Shown: piece after piece, positions 52,482-59,065 of the stretch
Numbering within the stretch: position 1 is the first letter of the stretch
Layout: every line of letters begins with the position of its first letter
Origin: a virus
Lineage: Duplodnaviria; Caudoviricetes
Reading direction: 5' to 3' (one strand)
Virus record (IMG/VR): IMGVR_UViG_3300044638_003544
Span: 1-61,835 of that record
Length of the DNA stretch: 61,835 bases
Notes under the pieces: model-generated
Told to the model about the DNA's origin: nothing
Seen by the model: the letters and a program-made list of their open reading frames with translations, nothing else
Databases searched by the model: none
Made by a program: the position numbers and the translations under genes

Positions 52482-52781
52482 CTACTTTTGTTCTAGTTTG
52501 TCTAAACGCTGTTCAATACGGGCAACTGCATCTTTAATAGATGTTCCGTGGTTTGGTCTCATTTCAAAGGATATGCAAGCAATTTCTTCTTCCATAAACC
52601 TTAATCTTTCTTGTAGTCCAGGACGACCTTCAAATCCTGGTCTTTCTTCTTCGCCAAAGTAATCGTCTAGGAAGTGTATAAATCTTTTTGTTAGCTTTGA
52701 GGCTTTGTAAACCCCAACACCAATAACTCCAATTGCTGTAACTGTAGCAGCTAACATCATTAGGAATTCATTGGCACTCAT
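52482..52781 (-). CDS. Membrane-anchored protein (lysis-cassette-like)
   Basis: N-terminal TM helix; PNHGTSIKD.V.RIE motif. Confidence 0.6.
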   Translation of the reverse strand: MSANEFLMMLAATVTAIGVIGVGVYKASKLTKRFIHFLDDYFGEEERPGFEGRPGLQERLRFMEEEIACISFEMRPNHGTSIKDAVARIEQRLDKLEQK

Positions 52782-52806
52782 ATTTAGTTATACACTCCCA
52801 CAAGAA

Positions 52807-53106
52807 CTACTTTGAAGTAGTCTTCTTTGCTGTGGATTTCTTGGCAGGTACCTTTTTGGTAGCCTTCTTCACTGCTGCAACAACTTCTGCTGCAACCTGA
52901 TCAGGGGAAGATTTGCCACTGATTTTACCAAATGCAATATCATTCTTATTAAAGTAGCGAATAGCAACTGGTGCTACTGCTGCAATAAGTGCATTTAGAT
53001 ATAGATACGGATCTGTTACACCTGCAAGATACAGGGCTACAGCAGCTCCGAGGAAAGAACGAGCATATGATTGCAAAATTGCAATGTTAGCTGGCGTTAG
53101 TTTCAT
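52807..53106 (-). CDS. Holin-like protein
   Basis: Two hydrophobic segments, N..D.AFG, Lys-rich tail. Confidence 0.65.
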   Translation of the reverse strand: MKLTPANIAILQSYARSFLGAAVALYLAGVTDPYLYLNALIAAVAPVAIRYFNKNDIAFGKISGKSSPDQVAAEVVAAVKKATKKVPAKKSTAKKTTSK

Positions 53107-53330
53107 TTTTTCTCCAATTATTTTCGGCGTTATCGTGTGATAAACGGTAATTTATATTATACACTATTTCGGTTCGAAAAATCAAAATTTAAAAATTGAA
53201 AATTCGGCGGACGAGAACAACCCCATACCCATAATGCTAAAATATACTAATATAACATGCAAGCATAGTATAAAAGTAGACAAAGCATATCCCCGTATGA
53301 TATACTTTTATATTCGGACAAAGGAACAAT

Positions 53331-53567
53331 ATGAGTGAAATTGAAGATGCATTAGAGGATCAAGAAATTAAGTCAATGAATGATAACTTAGGAACTATCC
53401 TATATATCATGTTAGGTCGTATTTACGATCAATTGACATTAATTGCTGATGCTCAAGGCAAAGGTGAAGATATGATGAAGCTTATGGAACTTCATCGTCA
53501 AGGACATTTAATGTCTCCAATTCCCACCCTCGCTTTACCAGATACTGAAAATTCTGAAGAAGAATAA
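53331..53567 (+). CDS. Hypothetical protein
   Basis: AAGGA RBS, TGATATACT extended -10 upstream. Confidence 0.7.
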   Translation: MSEIEDALEDQEIKSMNDNLGTILYIMLGRIYDQLTLIADAQGKGEDMMKLMELHRQGHLMSPIPTLALPDTENSEEE

Positions 53568-53605
53568 AAAAAGAAGCCCTAGATTTCTCTAGGGCTCTTT
53601 CTTTG
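53566..53605. terminator. Bidirectional terminator between convergent genes
   Basis: AGCCCTAGA-TTTC-TCTAGGGCT (53575-53596) flanked by an A-tract and a T-rich tract. Confidence 0.8.
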
Positions 53606-53610
53606 TGACA

Positions 53611-54045
53611 TTACTTTCGTTTTCTACCTTCTTCGAAATTTGTAATTTCAATTGTTTTAGGCTTTTTGTGTTCGGGAATGTTTTTCACGACACAAACATA
53701 TAGAATACCATCTGTAATATCAGCACATTCTACTTCCATGTGCTCAGCTAGGGAGAATGTTCTTGTGAACTTACGCCCTGCAATTCCTTTGTGGATGTAT
53801 TCATCATTTGTCTCTGGAAGTTCTCCAGTTACTGTCAAACAGCAATCCTCTTCAGTAAGAGTTAGATTTGACTTGTTATATCCAGCTACTGCCAATTCAA
53901 TGACAAATTTATCATCACCGATTTTTCTAACGTTGTATGGAGGAAAGCTAGTTGCATTTGTTTTTGCTAGAGTTTCTAGCTTTGGAAAAAAGCTTTCCCA
54001 TCCGATCATATATGGGTCAGTAGCCCACGTTGTTGTATATTTCAT
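53611..54045 (-). CDS. Small heat-shock protein Hsp20 (IbpA-like)
   Basis: FPPYN, IELAVAG, YIHKGIA.R.FTRTF.L, DGIL, IPEHKKP..IEI. Confidence 0.95.
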   Translation of the reverse strand: MKYTTTWATDPYMIGWESFFPKLETLAKTNATSFPPYNVRKIGDDKFVIELAVAGYNKSNLTLTEEDCCLTVTGELPETNDEYIHKGIAGRKFTRTFSLAEHMEVECADITDGILYVCVVKNIPEHKKPKTIEITNFEEGRKRK

Positions 54046-54095
54046 GTTTTGCTCCTTTTAAGCGAGTTAAATTCACATCCCATAAGGCAATGTGT
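54046..54095 (-). promoter_or_regulatory. ROSE-like RNA thermometer in the hsp20 5' UTR
   Basis: CUCGCU-UAAA-AGGAG (54066-54052) pairs the SD with a bulged G; upstream hairpin CACAUUGCC-UUAU-GGGAUGUG. Confidence 0.65.
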
Positions 54096-54101
54096 ATAGA
54101 T

Positions 54102-54133
54102 ATTATACCAAATGAATAGTTGAATATTCAACT
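54102..54133 (-). promoter_or_regulatory. hsp20 promoter with perfect 16-bp palindrome over the -35
   Basis: TTGAAT-18 nt-TATAAT with extended TG; AGTTGAATATTCAACT 54118-54133. Confidence 0.6.
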
Positions 54134-54171
54134 GTTATTATACTGTTATCTAAATGTTACCAAATTGTTAT
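54133..54171. repeat. Four phased TGTTA(T/C) direct repeats, 11-bp period
   Basis: TGTTA at 54133, 54144, 54155, 54166. Confidence 0.85.
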
Positions 54172-54325
54172 ATATATACCCATAAATGTGAATATAATTT
54201 TAAATTTGATCAAAATCCTTATTGCAAAGCTTTTGCAGGTCTAATTTCACAAAAATGTGAATGTGATTTTAATATGTATGATGCATAAATTACAGAAAGC
54301 TTTTGATTTTATGTAGTGAGCCCAT

Positions 54326-54363
54326 AGCATAATGCGGTTATTTGAAACAAGCATAATGCGGTT
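54326..54363. repeat. 14-bp direct repeat AGCATAATGCGGTT x2
   Basis: Copies at 54326-54339 and 54350-54363. Confidence 0.85.
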
Positions 54364-54367
54364 CTAG

Positions 54368-54414
54368 AAATAAAAAAGAAAGAGATGCCCTACCCTAAAG
54401 AGGATAGGACACCT
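54368..54414 (-). terminator. Intrinsic terminator of the leftward mini-operon
   Basis: GGTGTCCTATCCT-CTTT-AGGGTAGGGCATC (with G-U pairs), then TCTTTCTTTTTT. Confidence 0.7.
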
Positions 54415-54455
54415 GCAAGAAATAATCCAATGATGATGAATAAAACTATTTCCAT
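54390..54455 (-). CDS. 21-aa single-TM microprotein
   Basis: MEIVLFIIIGLFLAGVLSSLG; abuts the upstream stop; paralogue at 59432. Confidence 0.6.
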   Translation of the reverse strand: MEIVLFIIIGLFLAGVLSSLG

Positions 54456-54644
54456 TTACCCCTCAATCATTTCGATAACTACTGCACCAGTAGCACACAC
54501 TGCACCAATAAAGGCAGTGGCAATCATAACATTGCCAGTCATACCATTTAAACCAATGACTAGTAGTTGTAGTTCAAGTAGTAGTGCAGGTAATGAAAAT
54601 ACCGCAATGCCTAGCAATACATCACGCAAGTGAAATAGAAACAT
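54456..54644 (-). CDS. Small two-TM membrane protein
   Basis: Start moved to ATG 54644 after GAGG. Confidence 0.65.
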   Translation of the reverse strand: MFLFHLRDVLLGIAVFSLPALLLELQLLVIGLNGMTGNVMIATAFIGAVCATGAVVIEMIEG

Positions 54645-54648
54645 AGTC

Positions 54649-54759
54649 TTAGTCCTCACACATAATGCAGATAGCGGATTCAATTTCAAACGGTGCTAAC
54701 TTGTCACCGCACACTAGGCAAGATGCCTTGGTGATTTGCTCTAATGCTAATTCATTCAT
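54649..54759 (-). CDS. 36-aa Zn-finger microprotein
   Basis: MNELALEQITKASCLVCGDKLAPFEIESAICIMCED; AGAAAGG RBS; downstream of the minus-strand promoter motif. Confidence 0.7.
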   Translation of the reverse strand: MNELALEQITKASCLVCGDKLAPFEIESAICIMCED

Positions 54760-54843
54760 TTGATTTAGCCTTTCTTGTTGTTATCTAATACTATGATTCA
54801 ATCACACACCACTGACAATTTCAAGCCAGAAACACCTAATTTA

Positions 54844-54861
54844 GGTAAACATTTGGTAAAC
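54844..54861 (-). promoter_or_regulatory. PHO/OmpR-type direct repeat
   Basis: Minus strand GTTTACC-AAAT-GTTTACC, 11-bp period. Confidence 0.55.
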
Positions 54862-54864
54862 TTT

Positions 54865-54896
54865 TTATCCACACCTGTGGACAATCCTGTGGATAA
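54865..54896. promoter_or_regulatory. DnaA-box cluster 1
   Basis: TTATCCACA-CC-TGTGGACAA-TCC-TGTGGATAA. Confidence 0.8.
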
Positions 54897-54936
54897 CCTC
54901 CCGCCCCAAATTTTTGGGTTTGTCAAGTTAAGATCG

Positions 54937-54952
54937 TGTGATTAAGGTCACA
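54937..54952. promoter_or_regulatory. CRP/GlxR-type box
   Basis: TGTGA-TTAAGG-TCACA, perfect consensus. Confidence 0.7.
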
Positions 54953-55031
54953 GAAAATGCTCACCAAAAATGACCAAAATTGTCAGACCCCTATGCTAGG
55001 CTGTAAGCATAGATAAAGAAAGGGGTTCAAA

Positions 55032-55163
55032 ATGAACTTACTAAATGAAACAGAATTCATCTGTTGCTTTTGTGAAAGCGAAATGGATTCAGAGCAGGTG
55101 TTCTGCTGTGATACCTATAAAGGTAAAATGACCGTTCAAGAGTTTAACGAATTCTACGGATAA
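55032..55163 (+). CDS. 43-aa Cys-rich microprotein
   Basis: MNLLNETEFICCFCESEMDSEQVFCCDTYKG...; AAAGGGG RBS. Confidence 0.7.
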   Translation: MNLLNETEFICCFCESEMDSEQVFCCDTYKGKMTVQEFNEFYG

Positions 55164-55222
55164 AAACTGTCAGACCTCTCTGATAGTATCAACTTAACAA
55201 ACAAAAGAAAGGTAGTCACCAA

Positions 55223-55408
55223 ATGACTTACACTGTAACAAATAAGAGAGATAACATCTCCAATGAATACATCTCTATTCATTCCGCCTTGCAAATGGTT
55301 GCAAGTTGCTATGACGGTGCAGGAATTACCTGCGAGGTTGTCAATAACGAAACAGGCGAACAGGTAGAACTGTATCGCAATCCCCTAACAGGTTGGAGAG
55401 TGGCTTAA
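55223..55408 (+). CDS. Hypothetical protein
   Basis: GAAAGG RBS after the motif at 55168. Confidence 0.75.
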   Translation: MTYTVTNKRDNISNEYISIHSALQMVASCYDGAGITCEVVNNETGEQVELYRNPLTGWRVA

Positions 55409-55558
55409 ATGGCTTACACTAAAATAAAGAATGCACGACTCTTACTAGATGCCGTCAATGGCTTAGAGTTGATGCTAAAGCACGACCCAGAAAATCAGAG
55501 AATGATTAACTACTACAATACCCAAATCCAAATCTTGACTAGGCGTGTCTACAAATAA
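55409..55558 (+). CDS. Hypothetical protein (49 aa)
   Basis: MAYTKIKNARLLLDAVNG...; GGAG RBS, abuts the upstream stop. Confidence 0.7.
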   Translation: MAYTKIKNARLLLDAVNGLELMLKHDPENQRMINYYNTQIQILTRRVYK

Positions 55559-55614
55559 AATTGTCAGACCCCTATGATAAAGTGAAACTAACAAACAAAC
55601 GAAAGGTTGCCACA

Positions 55615-55830
55615 ATGACAACACTAAACACTAAAGATTACATCAAAGCCCACGATGCATTGGGTTGGATTCAATACCCAAACTCCTATGACAATCGCCT
55701 AGCGTATCTATCACTAGCAACGATTTTAGAAATCTGCATCAACAAGAAAATGGGTATCAACCAAATTCAAGAAATGCTAGATGAAATGACCAAAGGCGAA
55801 CAAGCCGTACTAGAAAGTTTGATGAAATAA
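55615..55830 (+). CDS. Hypothetical protein
   Basis: Start moved to ATG 55615 after GAAAGG. Confidence 0.75.
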   Translation: MTTLNTKDYIKAHDALGWIQYPNSYDNRLAYLSLATILEICINKKMGINQIQEMLDEMTKGEQAVLESLMK

Positions 55831-55997
55831 TGATGACAAGAAAAGACTATGTAGCCGTTGCAGAAATTCTAAACGCTTACCACCTAGACATTGAAACACA
55901 AACGTTTGAGGATTTGCTTTCAGACTTTCAAACATTTTTCAAAAGAGATAATTCAAACTTCGACCTAACACGATTCAGAGATGCGGTAATCAAATAA
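55830..55997 (+). CDS. Small phage protein (MTRKDY...DN..FD..RF type)
   Basis: MMTRKDYVAVAEIL...FKRDNSNFDLTRFRDAVIK; TAATG coupling. Confidence 0.75.
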   Translation: MMTRKDYVAVAEILNAYHLDIETQTFEDLLSDFQTFFKRDNSNFDLTRFRDAVIK

Positions 55998-56149
55998 TGA
56001 AATTCGTACACAATAAAATTGACGGAACTTTCGTAATTGGAATTAGTTTCTCAAATTACTACAGTAAAAAACTAGGTAGAAAAAATACCTCGTTAATTTT
56101 TGATCTTGGTTCTCATTCGTTTGCATTTGTGTTGAGAGGTGAATACTAA
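55997..56149 (+). CDS. Hypothetical protein (50 aa)
   Basis: MKFVHNKIDGTFVIGISF...; TAATG coupling. Confidence 0.65.
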   Translation: MKFVHNKIDGTFVIGISFSNYYSKKLGRKNTSLIFDLGSHSFAFVLRGEY

Positions 56150-56230
56150 ATGAATAGTTTTTATTCTTGGGTTTTAATTTTATCCCTTGCAGGTTTAGTT
56201 TATTTGCTTGTAGATAAATTTACAGACTAA
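56150..56230 (+). CDS. 26-aa single-TM microprotein
   Basis: MNSFYSWVLILSLAGLVYLLVDKFTD; GAGGTG RBS. Confidence 0.6.
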   Translation: MNSFYSWVLILSLAGLVYLLVDKFTD

Positions 56231-56243
56231 AAAAAACAAAAGC

Positions 56244-56279
56244 TTCTGGGCGTGTCGTTTGACATTCCCAGAAATTTTT
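56244..56279 (+). terminator. Terminator-like hairpin
   Basis: TTCTGGG..TGTC-GTTT-GACA..CCCAGAA followed by ATTTTT. Confidence 0.6.
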
Positions 56280-56289
56280 GCCCGCCCCG

Positions 56290-56352
56290 TTTTCCACAGG
56301 TTATCCACAGCTGTTAAGAACTTGTGTATAAGTCACTGAAATCTGTGGATTA
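56290..56352. promoter_or_regulatory. DnaA-box cluster 2
   Basis: TTTTCCACA 56290, TTATCCACA 56301, TGTGTATAA 56323, TGTGGATTA 56344. Confidence 0.75.
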
Positions 56353-56354
56353 TT

Positions 56355-56372
56355 GTTTACCTATTGTTCATC
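56355..56372 (+). promoter_or_regulatory. PHO/OmpR-type direct repeat
   Basis: GTTTACC-TATT-GTTCATC, 11-bp period. Confidence 0.55.
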
Positions 56373-56437
56373 TTAGACACGCCTCTAGATACCAAAAATG
56401 TCAGACCCCTATGCTAAAGTGAAACTATAAATAAATA

Positions 56438-56497
56438 GTTAAGTATGAGCCTAGCAAATAATCCTACCTACGGTGAGCCTAGCAAATAAGACTTAAC
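56438..56497 (+). ncRNA. Candidate structured leader RNA with duplicated 16-mer
   Basis: TGAGCCTAGCAAATAA at 56446 and 56474, enclosed by GTTAAGT/ACTTAAC. Confidence 0.5.
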
Positions 56498-56517
56498 ACT
56501 AACGAAAGGAATACAAA

Positions 56518-56703
56518 ATGTATTCACTAGAAGTAGCAAGTCTTCTGATTGGTCAGAAGTACCGTTCAAGCCGTGGATTCTGCGGTGAAATAGTCATGGC
56601 TGAAAAGCGTGAAGACATGATGAGCGATAACGCTTATCTAATCTATGTCCGTCAAGACGGATTCCCTTACTACTGGTATTCAACTGTTGAGGTGGTTGCA
56701 TAA
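56518..56703 (+). CDS. Hypothetical protein
   Basis: GAAAGGA RBS; beta-rich, 61 aa. Confidence 0.75.
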   Translation: MYSLEVASLLIGQKYRSSRGFCGEIVMAEKREDMMSDNAYLIYVRQDGFPYYWYSTVEVVA

Positions 56704-56894
56704 TGAGAGTCTATGAAATTGCTAAAGAATTAAACATTCCGTCAAAAGATGTCAGAATGTATTTAGAATACATTGGGCAACCCGTCAAGAGTGCATCGTC
56801 AAGCGTTGAAGATGTATTTGGTGAAATTGTTATCAAAAGGATAAACAAGACCTACGAGGAATTTGTGCCTTGTTGGTCATTCCCACCATTCTAA
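56703..56894 (+). CDS. Stand-alone translation initiation factor IF2 N-terminal (IF2_N) domain protein
   Basis: MRVYEIAKELNIPSKDV..YL..IG..VKSASSSVE matches the IF2_N pattern, including the actinobacterial VKSASS. Confidence 0.8.
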   Translation: MRVYEIAKELNIPSKDVRMYLEYIGQPVKSASSSVEDVFGEIVIKRINKTYEEFVPCWSFPPF

Positions 56895-56898
56895 GCGG

Positions 56899-56930
56899 TT
56901 ATCCACAGGTTATCCCAAGCCTGTGGACGA
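56899..56930. promoter_or_regulatory. DnaA-box cluster 3
   Basis: TTATCCACA-GG-TTATCCCAA-GCC-TGTGGACGA. Confidence 0.65.
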
Positions 56931-57055
56931 CACGCCGCCCCTTTTTCCTAGCTTTGTCAAGTTACGACACTATTAAAAACAACACCAAAAAATTCACTAA
57001 AATTGTCAGACCCCTATGCTATGCTGAAGGCATACCTACTACGAAAGGAACATTC

Positions 57056-57295
57056 ATGTTCACTTTGCATAACCCAATGAAAGTTATGAACGAACGCTAT
57101 GTCGTTACATCACACCCCTGCCCTACTTGCAGTGAAGAAAAAACAGTATCTATTTCTTCTGACCAATTATTTGCATACCGCCAAGGTGGATTAGCCCAAA
57201 CAGTATTGTCTGACTATGATGCAGATGTTCGTGAGCGTTTCATTACAGGTATCTGTGGTGTTTGTTGGGATTCAATGTTTGGAGATGATGTGTAA
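57056..57295 (+). CDS. Zn-finger phage protein
   Basis: CPTC...RERFITGICGVCW; start moved to ATG 57056 after GAAAGGA. Confidence 0.8.
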   Translation: MFTLHNPMKVMNERYVVTSHPCPTCSEEKTVSISSDQLFAYRQGGLAQTVLSDYDADVRERFITGICGVCWDSMFGDDV

Positions 57296-58017
57296 TGACT
57301 AAGTTAAAGCGTTCAAAAGATCGTAAGGTTGCTAACCTTGTTACGCCTAATGGCAAACAAGCCTCTATTGCTAACACGTTTGGATTACCTGCAGGTAAAG
57401 CATTCTCTTGCCCTGGTGCTACATCGGTATGCGAGAAGATATGCTATGCAGGTAAACTTGAAAAAGTATTCAAGGGTACTCGTGAGAACTTATTGCACAA
57501 TTGGAATTTGCTTAAGGATGCATCGCAAGATGAGATGTATCTATTAGTTTCAGAAATGATTGCAGAATTCAATGCTGATTGCGAAAGACGTGATGCAGAA
57601 AAGTTGTTCCGTATCCATTGGGACGGTGACTTCTTTAATGAAGATTACACACTAGCATGGAAACGTGTAATTGCTGACTACCCCGAAATTAAATTCTGGG
57701 CTTATACTCGTGTGTCAGAGTCTGCATTAATTCTAAAAGACATTGAAAACCTATCTCTATACTTCTCAACCGATTCAGAGAATGTAGAAACTGGTAAGAC
57801 GTTAGCAAAAGATGAAGGCATAAAGTTAGCGTACCTATCTCAGACATTTGCAATTGGTAAAGCAGAACTAAAAGAAATTATTGGTAAGTCTGGTGTGCCA
57901 TGCCCTGAGAATAATAAAAAGATACCGCTAATTTCTACTAACGGCAGTGCTTGTGTATCGTGTGGGCAATGCGTATTTGCCAGGAATAACATTGTATTCA
58001 GTGCAAGTAAGTCATAA
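57295..58017 (+). CDS. Gp88-like (radical-SAM-related Fe-S) protein
   Basis: SCPGATSVCEKICYA, FRIHWDGDFF, FWAYTR, C-terminal CP...CVSCGQC. Confidence 0.75.
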   Translation: MTKLKRSKDRKVANLVTPNGKQASIANTFGLPAGKAFSCPGATSVCEKICYAGKLEKVFKGTRENLLHNWNLLKDASQDEMYLLVSEMIAEFNADCERRDAEKLFRIHWDGDFFNEDYTLAWKRVIADYPEIKFWAYTRVSESALILKDIENLSLYFSTDSENVETGKTLAKDEGIKLAYLSQTFAIGKAELKEIIGKSGVPCPENNKKIPLISTNGSACVSCGQCVFARNNIVFSASKS

Positions 58018-58138
58018 AGCTTGACAAAGCCACCGAAAGGTGGTCGGGCACTTTTTCCTGTGTTTGTCAAGTTAAGAAAATTAAGAGAAAGTCACTGAAA
58101 ACACTGAAATTGTCAGACCCTTGTGGTAGGTTATACCT

Positions 58139-58273
58139 ATGATGAAATTTACTACAACCCCAGAACAACTTCGAGCAAGGCTTGAGTTGCGTAGGAGTAA
58201 TGCAGCAGTAAAGCATCGTAACAAAAAGAAATACACACGAAAGACAAAACACAAAAACCTACAGGGAGAATAA
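58139..58273 (+). CDS. 44-aa basic peptide, ArfA-like C-terminus; leaderless
   Basis: MMKFTTTPEQLRARLELRRSNAAVKHRNKKKYTRKTKHKNLQGE; ATG 6 nt after the -10 of motif 58111. Confidence 0.65.
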   Translation: MMKFTTTPEQLRARLELRRSNAAVKHRNKKKYTRKTKHKNLQGE

Positions 58274-58274
58274 A

Positions 58275-58559
58275 ATGGGACTTAACTTTGCAACAGAGTT
58301 ATCCACTATGGATACTATGCCAATTGAAGCACAGATCAACACACACTTACAATACAATTTCTATCCACCTGTACCATCCTCAATGGTACAGCCTTGCGTT
58401 GAAGCAATTGATGCTTATCTAGAAGAAGACTTTGATCGCCAAATTGAAATGCCACAAGGAGTATCTTATCGTGGCAGTGACTATGCACCTGCACACGCTA
58501 TTGTTGAGCAACATCGCTTGGGACCTTGGTGTGAGCCAATTGATTGGGATGAGGAATAA
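58275..58559 (+). CDS. Hypothetical phage protein
   Basis: HLQYNFYPPVP..MV.PC.EAIDA...A.AIVEQHRL; GGAG RBS. Confidence 0.8.
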   Translation: MGLNFATELSTMDTMPIEAQINTHLQYNFYPPVPSSMVQPCVEAIDAYLEEDFDRQIEMPQGVSYRGSDYAPAHAIVEQHRLGPWCEPIDWDEE

Positions 58560-58608
58560 AATGTCAGACCCTTGTGCTAAGATAAATCTAACCTACTAAG
58601 GAGAACGA

Positions 58609-58725
58609 ATGAGTGAACTACTAATAAACCTATTTGAGGGTGTAATAGATGAAAAGGCGATTGAGAAATTGTCTACCGAAGAATTAGAAGCAATTAACAA
58701 AATGCTAACGGAAGCAGGTTACTAA
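58609..58725 (+). CDS. 38-aa acidic microprotein
   Basis: MSELLINLFEGVIDEKAIEKLSTEELEAINKMLTEAGY; AAGGAG RBS. Confidence 0.7.
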   Translation: MSELLINLFEGVIDEKAIEKLSTEELEAINKMLTEAGY

Positions 58726-58726
58726 A

Positions 58727-59065
58727 ATGGGTGCAAGAATTAATTTTGTATTTGATGATGGTACAGATAGTCTAGTTAATCTTTATTCCCATTGGGGTGA
58801 GTCTGATTGGGAAAATGATTTAATAGGTGCATTAGTACACGCACAGAAACGCAAGGGTGACTATTCATACTTTACCCGTATGGTTATCTCACACTTAATT
58901 AAAGACTATGTATTAGATGAAACTGGTTTTGGTATCTATGCAATTAGCCGTTCAGAAATTGGTAACAATTTTGATAAGACAGTTGTATTAGATTTAGTAA
59001 ATAACACATTGACAGATTTAGATAATGATAGTACAGTTGAATTGTATGGAAAGGTATTTGCATAA
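58727..59065 (+). CDS. Hypothetical phage protein
   Basis: MGARINFVF...LYSHWG...ETGFGI. Confidence 0.8.
   Translation: MGARINFVFDDGTDSLVNLYSHWGESDWENDLIGALVHAQKRKGDYSYFTRMVISHLIKDYVLDETGFGIYAISRSEIGNNFDKTVVLDLVNNTLTDLDNDSTVELYGKVFA

Noticed and set aside
54095-54180. HAIR (HspR) or CIRCE (HrcA) operator at hsp20
   Set aside because: The palindrome matches neither CTTGAGT-N7-ACTCAAG nor TTAGCACTC-N9-GAGTGCTAA.
54385-54633. 82-aa plus-strand ORF
   Set aside because: Antisense to a coherent minus-strand mini-operon that has a promoter, RBSs and a terminator.
56376-56970. Exact GACAC (WhiA) pentamers near promoters
   Set aside because: Too short, and at inconsistent distances from the core.
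56870-57055. N-terminal extension of the 141-aa ORF
   Set aside because: It runs through DnaA boxes, the boundary repeat and the promoter core; the RBS supports ATG 57056.
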